Assembly (NCBI GenBank): GCA_963668695.2
Contig: CAXXLQ010000004.1
Coordinates: 2,944,001 to 3,008,000, forward strand
Reading direction: 5' to 3'
From: Vicinamibacteria bacterium
GTDB taxonomy: Bacteria; Acidobacteriota; Vicinamibacteria; Marinacidobacterales; Marinacidobacteraceae
Length of the DNA: 64,000 bases
Part shown: positions 1-10,043 of the stretch, piece by piece
Position numbering within the stretch: the first letter of the stretch is position 1
How the letters are laid out: the number at the start of each line of letters is the position of its first letter
Notes under the pieces: generated by a model
Seen by the model: only the letters and a program-made list of their open reading frames with translations
Database searches by the model: none
Told to the model about the DNA's origin: nothing
Position numbers and translations under genes: made by a program

Positions 1-2
1 CG

Positions 3-1001
3 GAGTCCCGACTGGACCGGGGTGGGGGAGCTTCGGACCGGTCCTTCGCGTTGGTGTTCAACGACGACGAAATGACACCCCGCTGGGCCTTCGGGAGGGT
101 AGTCTCGGTCCGTAGCGGACCGGGTGCGGGTGCTGGAAGCCTCGGCGGAGCGCTGCGAGCGGCGGGCTCGCGGCTCGCGGAGATGCCGGAAGGCGCGGCG
201 CCTCCCGCGGGCGCCGCGATGCGAATCGCGCCCCTGGAGGATCCTTGGCACTGGCACTTCAGGGCCAGCGTGGATGCGGACACCTTCCAGCCGGGAAGCG
301 GGGGCGGTCTCCTCGAGCGCGGTTTGCAGAGTGTGCTTGGCGGCGTGATCGAAGCGGTGGCTCCCGGCATTGGTCGAGGCGCAGTCGCGAGCCTGACCGA
401 ACAGGTGGTGGGAACGATGCTCCAGCAGTTGCTGAAGAAGCGAGGCTTGCCGCCAGGAACCCCCAGCGGCGGCGAGGAAAGCGAGGGGTATGGACTCTTC
501 GGCCTCGGACAACCCGGGCTCGTGCCGGTTACGCGGATTCGCTACTGGGTTCGGACGCCGGAGACGAACGCGGCCGATAGGCGGCGGGTGCTGATGCGGC
601 GAGTGGATGAGAACGCGCCGCAGCCCGTCGGGTTCGTCGAGGACCTGCAGGTCCGTTACGTCACGGGCCAAAACGGTGACGTACCGCTCGACACGCCGCC
701 GCGCTTTGTAGGAGATATGGCGTCGGCTGCCCGCCTTCGCGATCACGTCGTGCGTGCGGTGGATATTTCGGTCCGGGTTCGATCCATCGGGAGTCGTCCC
801 GCGGCCCGATTGGCCAATCAGGGTGCGGGAGAGGAGGCTGAGGCTGGCGGTCTGAGCCGGACGTACCGGCGCCGGGTAGCGCTGCGGGCGACGGCCGCGG
901 GCGTGGAGCGTCGCGCCTGGGAGGAACTCATGCAGTTGAACTCGCTGCCCACCGAGATTCCGAGGATCGGTCCGCTGCGTTTTCTTCCGTTACCGTGGTG
1001 A
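3..1001 (+). CDS. 5'-truncated hypothetical protein, C-terminus resembles PilW-type type IV pilus assembly proteins
   Basis: Frame is open from the window edge. Segments 'TRIRYWVR', 'VEDLQVRY', 'VRAVDISVRVRS' and 'RTYRRRVALR' resemble PilW C-terminal strands. Confidence 0.45.
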   Translation, partial: ESRLDRGGGASDRSFALVFNDDEMTPRWAFGRVVSVRSGPGAGAGSLGGALRAAGSRLAEMPEGAAPPAGAAMRIAPLEDPWHWHFRASVDADTFQPGSGGGLLERGLQSVLGGVIEAVAPGIGRGAVASLTEQVVGTMLQQLLKKRGLPPGTPSGGEESEGYGLFGLGQPGLVPVTRIRYWVRTPETNAADRRRVLMRRVDENAPQPVGFVEDLQVRYVTGQNGDVPLDTPPRFVGDMASAARLRDHVVRAVDISVRVRSIGSRPAARLANQGAGEEAEAGGLSRTYRRRVALRATAAGVERRAWEELMQLNSLPTEIPRIGPLRFLPLPW

Positions 1002-1026
1002 CGGGAACGGCCTTGGGCAGCGCCCC

Positions 1027-1770
1027 CTACGTCACCTCCCCGCGACGCGGGACACCTCGCCGCCCGGAATGAATCGCAACCGTCCCGAGCGCCAGGTGAC
1101 GGTAGGAAACGCCCGTGAAGCCGGCCTCCCGTAGGCTCGCAGCCAGGCCTCCCGCGTCCGGAAAGCTCAGGATCGAATCGCGAAGGTAGCCGTAGGGTTC
1201 CGCTCCCGCAACCGCCAGGCGAGCCAGGCCGGGTACCGCGAGCCGGAGCCACGCCGCGTGCCCGAGCCGAACCAGGCTTCCTTCGGGCCGGGAAAATTCC
1301 AGAATGACGAGCTTCGCGTCCGGCGCCAGCACCCGGTGAATCTCGGCGAGCCCTGTCTTCAGGTTCGGGAGATTGCGGATCCCGAACCCGACGACGGCTG
1401 CCTCGAAAACCCCGGACGCGAAGGGCAGTCTCATGGCGTCTCCGGCAGCCATCGGGAGAGTGGTTCCCGAGCGGGCAGCCTTGGCGTCCGCGATCTCCAG
1501 CATGGCGGGTGTCAGGTCACAGCCCACCGGGCGTAGTTCCCGCGGCAGCAGCAACGCGAGATCACCGGTTCCGCAGCAGAGATCGAGAATCCGCGACCCG
1601 GGTTCACAATCGAGTTCCCTGAGAGCGGCTCGCCGCCAACCCTGGTCCAGTCCCACGCTGAGGATCCGGTTCATCCGGTCGTACCCGGGCGCAACGGATT
1701 CAAACATCCGCCGAATTGCCCCGGGAGTCTCTCTCCGGACCTCGGGGCTCTGGTTACGCTGCGCCATCAC
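1027..1770 (-). CDS. menG: Ubiquinone/menaquinone biosynthesis C-methyltransferase (UbiE/MenG family)
   Basis: MFESVAPGYDRMNRILSVGLDQGWR; SAM motif ILDLCCGTGD; GFGIRN; ILEFSRP; YGYLRDSI. Confidence 0.9.
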   Translation of the reverse strand: MMAQRNQSPEVRRETPGAIRRMFESVAPGYDRMNRILSVGLDQGWRRAALRELDCEPGSRILDLCCGTGDLALLLPRELRPVGCDLTPAMLEIADAKAARSGTTLPMAAGDAMRLPFASGVFEAAVVGFGIRNLPNLKTGLAEIHRVLAPDAKLVILEFSRPEGSLVRLGHAAWLRLAVPGLARLAVAGAEPYGYLRDSILSFPDAGGLAASLREAGFTGVSYRHLALGTVAIHSGRRGVPRRGEVT

Positions 1771-1904
1771 TGAAAAGTGAGCCTGGCGATGCCGGCCAGC
1801 TTCTCACCGGAGGTCTGAACCGGCGTTCCCGCGCTCCGGATCGCGCTGGGCGGCGGGCGTCTGGCCGCGGGGGAGCGTTCGCTTGGACCCATGATGCAGT
1901 CGAG

Positions 1905-2101
1905 CAGCCTGTGCACAAAGTCACGCGGCCCAGTTCTCCCGGTGGGGGCTCGGCTGGCGATGCATCCCGGCTGAACCGCGCCTCTGCCAGGCGCTCTTCG
2001 TTGCGTTTCGGTCCAAATACACTCGGCATTCCTCCCTCACGCGCCTTGTCAGCCGGGCGCCTCACCAACCTCGGCGCTCACGTCACTTTATCCACAGGCC
2101 G
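1905..2101 (+). mobile_element. MITE-like hairpin element, family A; 20-nt cassette in slot A
   Basis: Ends CAGCCTGTGCACAAAGTCACG / CGTCACTTTATCCACAGGCCG; flanks CGAG/CTAG; core CGTTGCGTTTCGG...CCTCCCTCACGCGCCTTGTCAGCCGGG shared with other copies. Confidence 0.85.
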
Positions 2102-2175
2102 CTAGCCCCCGATTGCTTGTCGGCCCGCAGACGATAATGTTCGCCTTGGTGCCCCCGCTCTTTTTTCTCCCGCTC

Positions 2176-2853
2176 ATGATCGGCCCGCTCGGCATGCAGG
2201 AGATGCTGATCATCCTGGTGGTGGCGCTGATCGTCTTCGGTCCCCGGAAACTGCCACAGATCGGCAAGACGCTGGGAAAGAGCATTGCCGAGTTTCGGCG
2301 AACGAGCACCGAGCTGCGCAGCACCCTGGAGCGGGAAGTGCAGATGGAAGAGTTCCGGACGGCGCGCAGCGAGGTCTCCGGTCTCGGAAAGGAGGTGGCG
2401 GAGCTCGGGCGCGGGCTCGACCCGGACGCCGGCTCCGGTCCGTCCGCCGCAAAGCCGCCGTCCGCCGCAAAGCCGCCGTCCGCCGCAAAGCCGCCGTCCG
2501 CCGCAAAGCCGCCGTCCGCCGCAAAGCCGCCGTCCGCCGCAAAGCCGCCGTCCGCCGCAAAGCCGCCGTCCGCCGCAAAGCCGCCGTCCGCCGCAAAGCC
2601 GCCGTCCGCCGCAAAGCCGCCGTCCGCCGCAAAGCCGCCGTCCGCCGCAAAGCCGCCGGAAAGCGATGGAGGTGGCGCCGGTGATTCCGGAGAACCCTCT
2701 GCCACCCGGGAGAGGGAAACGCAAAACGGAACGGGCGACTCCTCAGCCTCCGGCCCCGAGACGGGAGTTGAGGAGGGTCCCGAAGGCGTCGCGGAAGGGG
2801 CGAGCGAAGCCGGAAGTGCGGAACGGGAGTCGGCAGACGACTCTGGCAAGTGA
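2176..2853 (+). CDS. tatA: Sec-independent translocase subunit, TatA/TatB family, with repeat-expanded tail
   Basis: MIGPLGMQEMLIILVVALIVFGPRKLPQIGKTLGKSIAEFRR (TM, FGP hinge, amphipathic helix); directly upstream of tatC; could be TatB. Confidence 0.85.
   Translation: MIGPLGMQEMLIILVVALIVFGPRKLPQIGKTLGKSIAEFRRTSTELRSTLEREVQMEEFRTARSEVSGLGKEVAELGRGLDPDAGSGPSAAKPPSAAKPPSAAKPPSAAKPPSAAKPPSAAKPPSAAKPPSAAKPPSAAKPPSAAKPPSAAKPPSAAKPPESDGGGAGDSGEPSATRERETQNGTGDSSASGPETGVEEGPEGVAEGASEAGSAERESADDSGK
2440..2655 (+). repeat. Perfect coding tandem repeat, 12 x 18 bp (CCGTCCGCCGCAAAGCCG = PSAAKP)
   Basis: 216 bp read directly as 12 identical units. Confidence 0.95.
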
Positions 2854-2889
2854 CGAGACGGGGCTGTTTCCTCGGCCCGGCGGAAGTTC

Positions 2890-3672
2890 GTGAGCGACTC
2901 TGACCGGACGGACCGCCCCGATGGGCCGGCCGACCGGATGACCTTCCTTGAACACCTGGACGAACTGCGGCGCCGTCTGATTCGGGCCGCGATCGCGATC
3001 CTGGTCGCGTTCGTGGGATGTTTCTTCTTCTACGAGGAGATTTTCGATTTCCTGATGCGGCCGCTGCGACGAGTCATCGAGCCGCTGGGGGGAGAGCTCA
3101 TCGCCACCACTCCGCCCGAGATCTTCCTCCTCGGGATCAAGATGAGCTTCCTGGTCGCCATCGTGGTTTCAACCCCGGCGTGGCTCGGGCAGGTCTGGGG
3201 TTTCGTCGCTCCTGGCCTCTACCGCCACGAACGCCATATCGCCTTCCCCTTCATCCTGGTGGGTTCCGCTTTCTTCATTTCCGGGGCGGCTTTTTGCCAC
3301 TATGTGCTCTTCCCCGCCGCTACCCAGTTCCTCGGGACGTTCGGAGGTGGCGGAGAGGACATCCAGATCCGGTATCGGGTCTCCGAGGTGTTCAGTTTCT
3401 ACGCGCGCCTCGTGCTGGCAACCGCGGTGGTGTTCCAGATTCCTACGCTGGCGCTGCTGCTCTCCCGTCTCGGGCTGATTTCGCCGAGCTTCTTGTGGCG
3501 GTACTTCAAGTACGCGGTGTTGATGAGTTTCGTGCTGGCGGCGCTTCTCACCCCGCCCGATCCCACCACGCAGATCATCCTGGCCGGGCCCATGATCGTG
3601 CTCTACACGCTGTCTATCGGGATCGCCTGGATCGGAAATCGCATGCACCGCCGAAAGAAGCCCGAGGAGTAG
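2890..3672 (+). CDS. tatC: Sec-independent translocase TatC
   Basis: MTFLEHLDELRRRL; WGFVAPGLYRHER; FQIP; AALLTPPDP. Confidence 0.95.
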   Translation: MSDSDRTDRPDGPADRMTFLEHLDELRRRLIRAAIAILVAFVGCFFFYEEIFDFLMRPLRRVIEPLGGELIATTPPEIFLLGIKMSFLVAIVVSTPAWLGQVWGFVAPGLYRHERHIAFPFILVGSAFFISGAAFCHYVLFPAATQFLGTFGGGGEDIQIRYRVSEVFSFYARLVLATAVVFQIPTLALLLSRLGLISPSFLWRYFKYAVLMSFVLAALLTPPDPTTQIILAGPMIVLYTLSIGIAWIGNRMHRRKKPEE

Positions 3673-3728
3673 GCCGGATTCCGGCGAGACCCGTGTGTCA
3701 CCATCCACCAGGCTGCTAGGATGACGCC

Positions 3729-5405
3729 ATGAGGCTCCGGGCGCGGGTCATCCCCCTGTTGATGCCGCTCCTCGTGGGCGCGGCGATCTCGGCCACCATT
3801 CTGGGTGTCCAGCCGGCGCGTGGAGTCCCGCCGTCGGACGGGCTGCGGATACTGCTCCAACGCCACGCGAACGTCATCCGGGAAATTGAAACGAAGTACG
3901 TCCGCGAGTTGGATCCCGAAACTCTTACCCGGGCGACGGTTTCGGGGATGCTTGTCCGGCTCGACCCCCACTCCAACCTGTTTGTCCCCCGCAACTACCG
4001 CCAGATGCGGGAGCGGCAACAGGGGGGTTATGTGGGACTCGGGATTCGGGTGCAGCACCAGAATGGGTTACTGACGGTCGTTTCCCCCTTTGAGGGGACT
4101 CCCGCATACCGGTTGGGGATTCGCGCCGGAGACGTGATCTCCCGAATCGAGGGCGTGGATGCAACGCAATACACGATGGACGAGGCGGTGACCCTGCTCC
4201 GGGGCCCCCGAGGGACGCCGGTCAGCATCACCATTACCCGTCCGGGTTACGACGCCCCGCTCGACTTCACCGTGATTCGGGACCGGATCCCGCTCAAGAG
4301 CGTGCCCTACTACTTCGTCCTCGATGAGCCCACCGGCTCCGAGAAGACGGGATATGTCCGGATCTCGGATTTCAACGAGAACACCGACAGCGAGTTGCGG
4401 GACGCCATCGTGGAGCTGCGCCTCGGCGGAGCGACCCGGCTGCTCGTGGACCTTCGTCACAACCCGGGCGGGCTCCTCAACCAGGCGGTCGCGGTCTCCA
4501 ACGTTTTCTTGAAACAGCACCAGGAAGTTGTTGCCATCCGGGGCCGTCATTCCGAGAACGACCAGGTTTTCTACGCGGAGGATCCCAGTCCCTACAGTGA
4601 TCTGCCGGTGATCGTGCTGGTTTCGCGAGAGAGCGCGTCGGCTTCTGAAATCGTGGCGGGTGCGGTCCAGGACCACGACCGCGGCCTCATCCTCGGCGAG
4701 AACACCTACGGCAAGGGGCTTGTCCAGTCGGTGTTTCAGTTGAAGTACGGCTACGCGCTCGGACTTACCTCTGCGGAGTACTTCACGCCAAGCGGCCGGC
4801 GTCTCCAGCGAGACTACGAATCGGGAGATTTCCTCGAGTACTTCCAGGGACGGGGAGAGCACGACTCCAACGACGAGGCGGGGACGATCGTGCTGACGGA
4901 GCTCGGTCGGGAGATCCGGGGCGGGGGTGGCGTCGCACCGGACATTGAAGTGCCCGCCCCGGAACTTCCGGAGGTGGTGGTGGAAGTCGAGCAACATGGA
5001 GCCTTCTTCCGGTTCGCCACCCGCTTCGTTCCGGCCGATGGCCGGGGCGCCGTGGACGGCGCGGGCACGCGGCCGGACGAGTTGGAAGCGCGGGGCGACC
5101 TGATCCGGGCGGTGGATCAGAGCTTCCGTGTCGACGAGACAACTGTTGAGGAGTTTTTCCTTTTCCTGTCTGAGGAGCGGATTCCGCACGACCGGGAGGG
5201 CCTTGACGAGCACCGCGATGCGGTGGCGCTGCGAATAGAAGGAGCGATTTTCAGTCTCCTTTGGGGCCCGGCGGCCTCGCGCGAGGCGACCATGGATCGC
5301 GACCCACAAATCGCGGCGGCACTTCAAGCGATGTCGCAGGCGGCTCTGCTTCTGAATGACCCCGAGGCCTACCTCGCCGGCGCCACCGGCGGGGAGGGCC
5401 GCTGA
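3729..5405 (+). CDS. S41A carboxyl-terminal processing protease with PDZ domain
   Basis: LDPHS, GLGI, PAYRLGIRAGD (PDZ); DLRHNPGGLL; SASASEIVAGAVQDHDR; GENTYGKGLVQ. Confidence 0.92.
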   Translation: MRLRARVIPLLMPLLVGAAISATILGVQPARGVPPSDGLRILLQRHANVIREIETKYVRELDPETLTRATVSGMLVRLDPHSNLFVPRNYRQMRERQQGGYVGLGIRVQHQNGLLTVVSPFEGTPAYRLGIRAGDVISRIEGVDATQYTMDEAVTLLRGPRGTPVSITITRPGYDAPLDFTVIRDRIPLKSVPYYFVLDEPTGSEKTGYVRISDFNENTDSELRDAIVELRLGGATRLLVDLRHNPGGLLNQAVAVSNVFLKQHQEVVAIRGRHSENDQVFYAEDPSPYSDLPVIVLVSRESASASEIVAGAVQDHDRGLILGENTYGKGLVQSVFQLKYGYALGLTSAEYFTPSGRRLQRDYESGDFLEYFQGRGEHDSNDEAGTIVLTELGREIRGGGGVAPDIEVPAPELPEVVVEVEQHGAFFRFATRFVPADGRGAVDGAGTRPDELEARGDLIRAVDQSFRVDETTVEEFFLFLSEERIPHDREGLDEHRDAVALRIEGAIFSLLWGPAASREATMDRDPQIAAALQAMSQAALLLNDPEAYLAGATGGEGR

Positions 5406-6701
5406 GTGATTCCTCGGCGCCCCTGGGGGGCTGGAGTCGGCCTGTGGCTCTTCGTCGGCGCGGCGACGTTGGGATTCGCGCAGTCGAGCGTCGAGGAACT
5501 GGCGGCTCGACTGGAGAGCAGTGATGCGAGGACTCGACGCGATGCGGCGCGAGAGCTCGGAGAAGATGGATCGTCAGAAGCGATCTCCGTTCTGAACGAG
5601 GCAGTCCGCGACATCGACCGCAACGTTCGACGCACGGTGCTCGATGCCCTGTTGTCCGTGAGGCGCCCCGATGCGGCGCCGGGACTGATCGCGTTCCTGG
5701 AGGACGAGCTTTCGGAAAATCGCCGGGACGCGATCGGTGGCCTCGTGGACATTCACAACCGGGAGGCGCCGCCCGGCCGGAGAGAACGGGCGATGGATTG
5801 GTTGCTCCGTCGGGAGCAGGCGTTCGTTCTCGATCCGCTGCGACCGGTGGAACCGCGTATCGTCGAGGCCTTGAGTGGACGGCTCACCGACGACGAGGAA
5901 GACAACCGCGAACTGGCCGCCGAGGCCCTGGGCGCCCTGAGGGCGGCTACCGCGGTGGGAGCTCTGGCCGCCGCCGCGTCGGAAGACCTCGAGGATGACG
6001 TGCGACGAGAAGCGATTCGCGCTCTCGGTGCGATCGGCACCGACGAAGCGGGGGAACGACTGCTCTCCATGGTGGAAGAACCGGAGCTTCGCGAGCAGGT
6101 GGTGCGCGCGCTGGGCCGCTTTGCCTACCGGCCGTCAGTCACCGCCCTGATCGGGGTGTACGACGCGGATCCCGAAAGCGATGTGGCCCGGGACGCCCTC
6201 GAAGCGTTGGCGCGGATCGGCGCCGAAGAGGCGCGCGGCACCTTCTACCATGAGCTGGGGAGCGATGACGCCCGGCGGCGCGAGTTCGCTGCCGAGGGTA
6301 TTGGGCGGATCGGAGATCCGGCGCTGGTGGACGGAATGATCCGGGACTTCCTGCGAGAAGAGGACCGGCGGGTGCAGCTTGCGTTCTGTTTCGCGCTCGT
6401 CCGGATGGGGCAGCCGCCGTTCGTGGACCGCATCATCCTTTCGCTTTCTGATTCGAGAGTGGGAGAAGTGGCCAGCCAGTACGCGCTGGAACTCGGCCGG
6501 GATTTCCTGCCCGACATGCTCCGTTATCTGGAGGATCCTGATCGGCAGGTACGGCTGGAACTCATTTCTCTGTTGGAACAACTCGGGGACGACAGCGCCA
6601 TTCCGTCGCTGCGGGCGACCACTCAGGATCCGGATTCGGAGGTGGCGGACCGCGCGCGTCTCGCCGTGAGGCGCCTGTCCGAGTCCGGAAACGGTCGGTA
6701 G
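5406..6701 (+). CDS. Exported HEAT-repeat protein
   Basis: Signal-like N-terminus; repeated 'VRREAIRALGAIG'-type HEAT/PBS units; abuts the S41 protease stop. Confidence 0.8.
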   Translation: MIPRRPWGAGVGLWLFVGAATLGFAQSSVEELAARLESSDARTRRDAARELGEDGSSEAISVLNEAVRDIDRNVRRTVLDALLSVRRPDAAPGLIAFLEDELSENRRDAIGGLVDIHNREAPPGRRERAMDWLLRREQAFVLDPLRPVEPRIVEALSGRLTDDEEDNRELAAEALGALRAATAVGALAAAASEDLEDDVRREAIRALGAIGTDEAGERLLSMVEEPELREQVVRALGRFAYRPSVTALIGVYDADPESDVARDALEALARIGAEEARGTFYHELGSDDARRREFAAEGIGRIGDPALVDGMIRDFLREEDRRVQLAFCFALVRMGQPPFVDRIILSLSDSRVGEVASQYALELGRDFLPDMLRYLEDPDRQVRLELISLLEQLGDDSAIPSLRATTQDPDSEVADRARLAVRRLSESGNGR

Positions 6702-6707
6702 AGCGGA

Positions 6708-8237
6708 GTGATGCCAAGCGCAAGCGGAGGCGCCAGCGACCGAACACCGCGCACCACGGTCTTCACCCGCTTGAACAACGGGTGGAAGGGTGAGACGATC
6801 CCGAACGTGCGTAGCGGCTTCCTTTCCCGCTGTGCGCCGGATTCCCGGATCCGGCGCTCCTTTCTGACCGGCCTGCTGCTTGTTGGCGCGAGCGGCGCGG
6901 GGCCGTTCCTCCAGCTTGCCGGAGCGGAACTCCCGTCGCGGAGATCCGTTTGGCCGGAGGTCCAGCGCGACGGCAAGTCTCTCGTGATTGGCCGTTTCAT
7001 CGGAAAGTTCGAGAGTCCCGACTTCCGTTCGCGCCGGATCGTTCTGCGGCATCGCGACACCGGACGGAACGAAACCCTGTCGGTGGACGATGGACTTGGC
7101 CTGATCAGTGAACTCGTGCCGCCGGGGGTCTATGACGTGGAGGCCATCGAGGCCGTCTACTTCCCCAACATCCGTCCGCTGAACGTCCGGAAGTTCCGCC
7201 CGATCCGGCAACGTTTCACGGTGTCCCCCAGAGAGCACGAGCGCGGGGAGACCTTGATCTCGGTACCGGCGGACCGCCCGGTCTATATCGGGACCATCCG
7301 CGCCGGCGCCGAGCGCCAGGGGATGGTCTACGAGGGGCAAAAGCTCCGGGTTCTGGACGACTTCGATGTGGCAATGGAGCGGCTCGCGGTTGCCTATCCG
7401 GCGCTCGCGATAAGCCTGAGCGAGCGAGCGGTGGTTCCCCAGCGGCACTTCATGCTTCGCCCCACCGAGCCGGAACCTCCACTCGAAATGATCGTGGGGA
7501 TGGAGGATCCCATCCGGCAGGCGCGCCGCTACATCGAGGACGGCAAGTTCGGACAGGCGATCAACTGGCTCTCGACCTTCATGCCGGTTTCCGACGCGCA
7601 GCGGAACGATGTTCGGCTGTTGATCGGAGAATCCCACCTGGGAGCCAGGAATATGGACCTCGCCATCGAGGAGTTCGGCGCGGTATTGCTGCAGGATCCA
7701 ACGAACCGCAGGGCGCTGCGGTTGCTCGCCCGTTCGCACTCGCTCAACGGGGACCTCGAAGACACCGAGAGCCTCTATCGGGCTCTACTCGATATTCGGC
7801 CGCGGGATGCGGAAGCCCACCTGCAGCTCGGTTACCTCTACGCCTTGCGTGCCGACGATGTGGGCGCCGAAGCGGCGTTCGAGGTCGCGTTCGAGACGGA
7901 TTTCGACTACCTGATGCACGATCTCGCGCCGTTCCTGATGGCGGTTCGGGAGCGTTCCAACAATCCGGAGATCCTCTATGAGCCTCCGCTACTGCGCAGC
8001 ACTCCGGTACCCTTGGCCGGTTCCGGTGGTTCGCGGCGCTCCGCGGAAAGAGACGGCATCATGGTGCTTATCGATCATCGCGGCCGGGTCAAGTCCGCGC
8101 ACTTCGCTCCCGAGAGTTCGAGTCGGGTCCACCAGATGATGATGTCCCTGGTCCGGGGGCGCTACAGCCCCGCCACGCTGAACGGCGTGGCCGTCCCGTC
8201 CATCATGGCCCTCGGCAACTTCGGCGCGGAACGCTAG
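6708..8237 (+). CDS. TPR-containing protein with C-terminal TonB_C-like domain (start uncertain)
   Basis: TPR-like helices ('DPTNRRALRLLA', 'RPRDAEAHLQLGYLY'); C-terminal 'VLIDHRGRV...YSPATLNGVAV'. Confidence 0.6.
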   Translation: MMPSASGGASDRTPRTTVFTRLNNGWKGETIPNVRSGFLSRCAPDSRIRRSFLTGLLLVGASGAGPFLQLAGAELPSRRSVWPEVQRDGKSLVIGRFIGKFESPDFRSRRIVLRHRDTGRNETLSVDDGLGLISELVPPGVYDVEAIEAVYFPNIRPLNVRKFRPIRQRFTVSPREHERGETLISVPADRPVYIGTIRAGAERQGMVYEGQKLRVLDDFDVAMERLAVAYPALAISLSERAVVPQRHFMLRPTEPEPPLEMIVGMEDPIRQARRYIEDGKFGQAINWLSTFMPVSDAQRNDVRLLIGESHLGARNMDLAIEEFGAVLLQDPTNRRALRLLARSHSLNGDLEDTESLYRALLDIRPRDAEAHLQLGYLYALRADDVGAEAAFEVAFETDFDYLMHDLAPFLMAVRERSNNPEILYEPPLLRSTPVPLAGSGGSRRSAERDGIMVLIDHRGRVKSAHFAPESSSRVHQMMMSLVRGRYSPATLNGVAVPSIMALGNFGAER

Positions 8238-8399
8238 CCGGACCTGACAACCTGCTGGCGGTGCTGTCGCTGAGCGCCGCGAAATTCGCGGTGGCCGCGG
8301 AACTGTAGGCGCCAGACACCCTCTGGGTTGCTTGGCGTCCGCAGCACCCATCCCTCGGGGCCAGCCCGAACGCCGATGAGGGATTCGCTGATCCGCTGC

Positions 8400-9912
8400 G
8401 GCCGTGCGCAAGCCCTTCCAGGTGCTGTAGCACATGGCTACCAGCACCAGCGCGATCGGGAAGCCGGTGGCGAGTGCCGCGGCCTGCAGCGCCACGAGCC
8501 CGCCGCCGAGCAGCAGGGTGATGGCCACGATCCCTTCGAACGCGCACCAGAAGACGCGCTGGGCGATCGGCGCATCGAGCTTTCCGCCGGCGGTGATGGT
8601 GTCGATGACGAGCGAGCCGGAATCGGAAGAGGTAACGAAGAAGACGATCACCAACACGATGCCGATGACCGACGTCAGGCCGGCGAGCGGCAGCATCTCC
8701 AACATCCTGAACAGGGCCATTTCCGGCTGCTGCGCCTGCACCGCCGCGACCTCGCCCGCCTCGAGATGGTGCGATAGCGCCGTTGCTCCGAAGGCGTTCA
8801 TCCAGAGCGCGGAGAGCAGCACCGGGGCGACCAGCATGCAGCCGAATGAACGCGCGCACGGTACGCCCGCGCGAGACGCGGGCGATGAACATGCCGACGA
8901 AGGGCGACCACGAGAGCCACCACGCCCAGAAGAAGGTGGTCCACCCGTGCAGGAAATCGGAGTCGCCGCGCCCCAGCCAGTTGCTGAGCGGTCCGATCGC
9001 CGCGACATAGTGACCGAGGCTGGCAACGAACCCAAGGAACAGGTGGAGGGTGGGCCCGACCGCCAGGACGAACACGAGCAGCAGCAGGGCCAGGAGCAGG
9101 TTGGCCTGACTCAGGCGCTTGACGCCCCGGTCCATGCCCGCGACCACCGACGCCAGTGCCATCCCCGTAGTGCCCGCGATCAACAGCACCTTGGTCGTGT
9201 CGGTGGCCGGAACCCCGAACGGATGAGCCAGCCCTGCCGCCGTCTGCTCGGCTCCCAGCCCCAGCGACGTCGCCACAACCCGAAGAGGGTGGCGAACACC
9301 GCGAGGATGTCGATGACGTGGCCGAACCGGCCCCACACTGCTTCACCGAGGACCGGGTAGAAGGCAGACCGCAGCGTCAGCGGCAGCCCGAGGTTGTAGG
9401 CGGCGAACGCCAGCGCGAGGCGACGACCGCGAACATCGCCCACGGATGCACGCCCCAGTGGAAGATGGCGGAGGCGACGGCGAGCTGATACGCGGCGGCG
9501 GTATCGGCCGGATCGACGCCGAGCGGCGGATTCCGGAAGTGGTCGACCGGCTCGGCAACTCCGAAGAACATCAGGCCGATACCGATGCCGGCCGCGAACA
9601 GCATGGCGAACCACGACCAGGCGGAGTAGTCGGGTCTGGCGTTCGGACCGCCGAGGCGGACGCGGCCGAGCGGCGTCACCCGCAGCAGCAGCAGAAGCGG
9701 ACGAAGATGTTGCCGGCACCCAGGAACACCCAGTCGAACGTCGAGGTGAGCCAGGCGTAGAGCGAGTCGAAGATGCCGGCGGTGGCGTCCCGGAACGCCA
9801 GCACCCCGGCGACGAACGCGATGATGGTGAGGCTGGAGACGACGAAGACCGGGTTGTGGACGTCGAGGCCGAGGAACTGGACGTTGTCCTGCCCGAGCTG
9901 GTAGTCGGTCAC
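8400..9912 (-). pseudogene. BCCT family (betaine/choline/carnitine) transporter, frameshifted
   Basis: BCCT motifs (WFAMLFAAGIGIGLMFFGVAEP; FHWGVHPW; WTTFFWAWWLSWSPFVGMFIARVSRGRT; FFVTSSDSGS) are spread over five successive ORF segments, implying about 4 frameshifts; end approximate. Confidence 0.85.
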
Positions 9913-10043
9913 GGCCGCCCGTTACCTGAGGGGTGAGGTGTGCGGGCCGGACCGCTCACGGGGCGTTTCTCCCGGTTGCGGCCTCGGCTCTCACCTCATT
10001 TCATCCAGACGAGGCCAACCTCGGTGGGGCCCGCCGACGCGGT

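Noticed and set aside
2083-2893. Repetitive ORFs such as (RRLCGG)n, (GGFAAD)n and (RRTAAL)n
   Set aside because: Alternative frames of the 18-bp tatA/B tandem repeat.
3704-3719. TCCACCAGGCTGCTAG resembling a lone MITE right end before the S41 protease gene
   Set aside because: No matching left end or core nearby; too short to support as an element.
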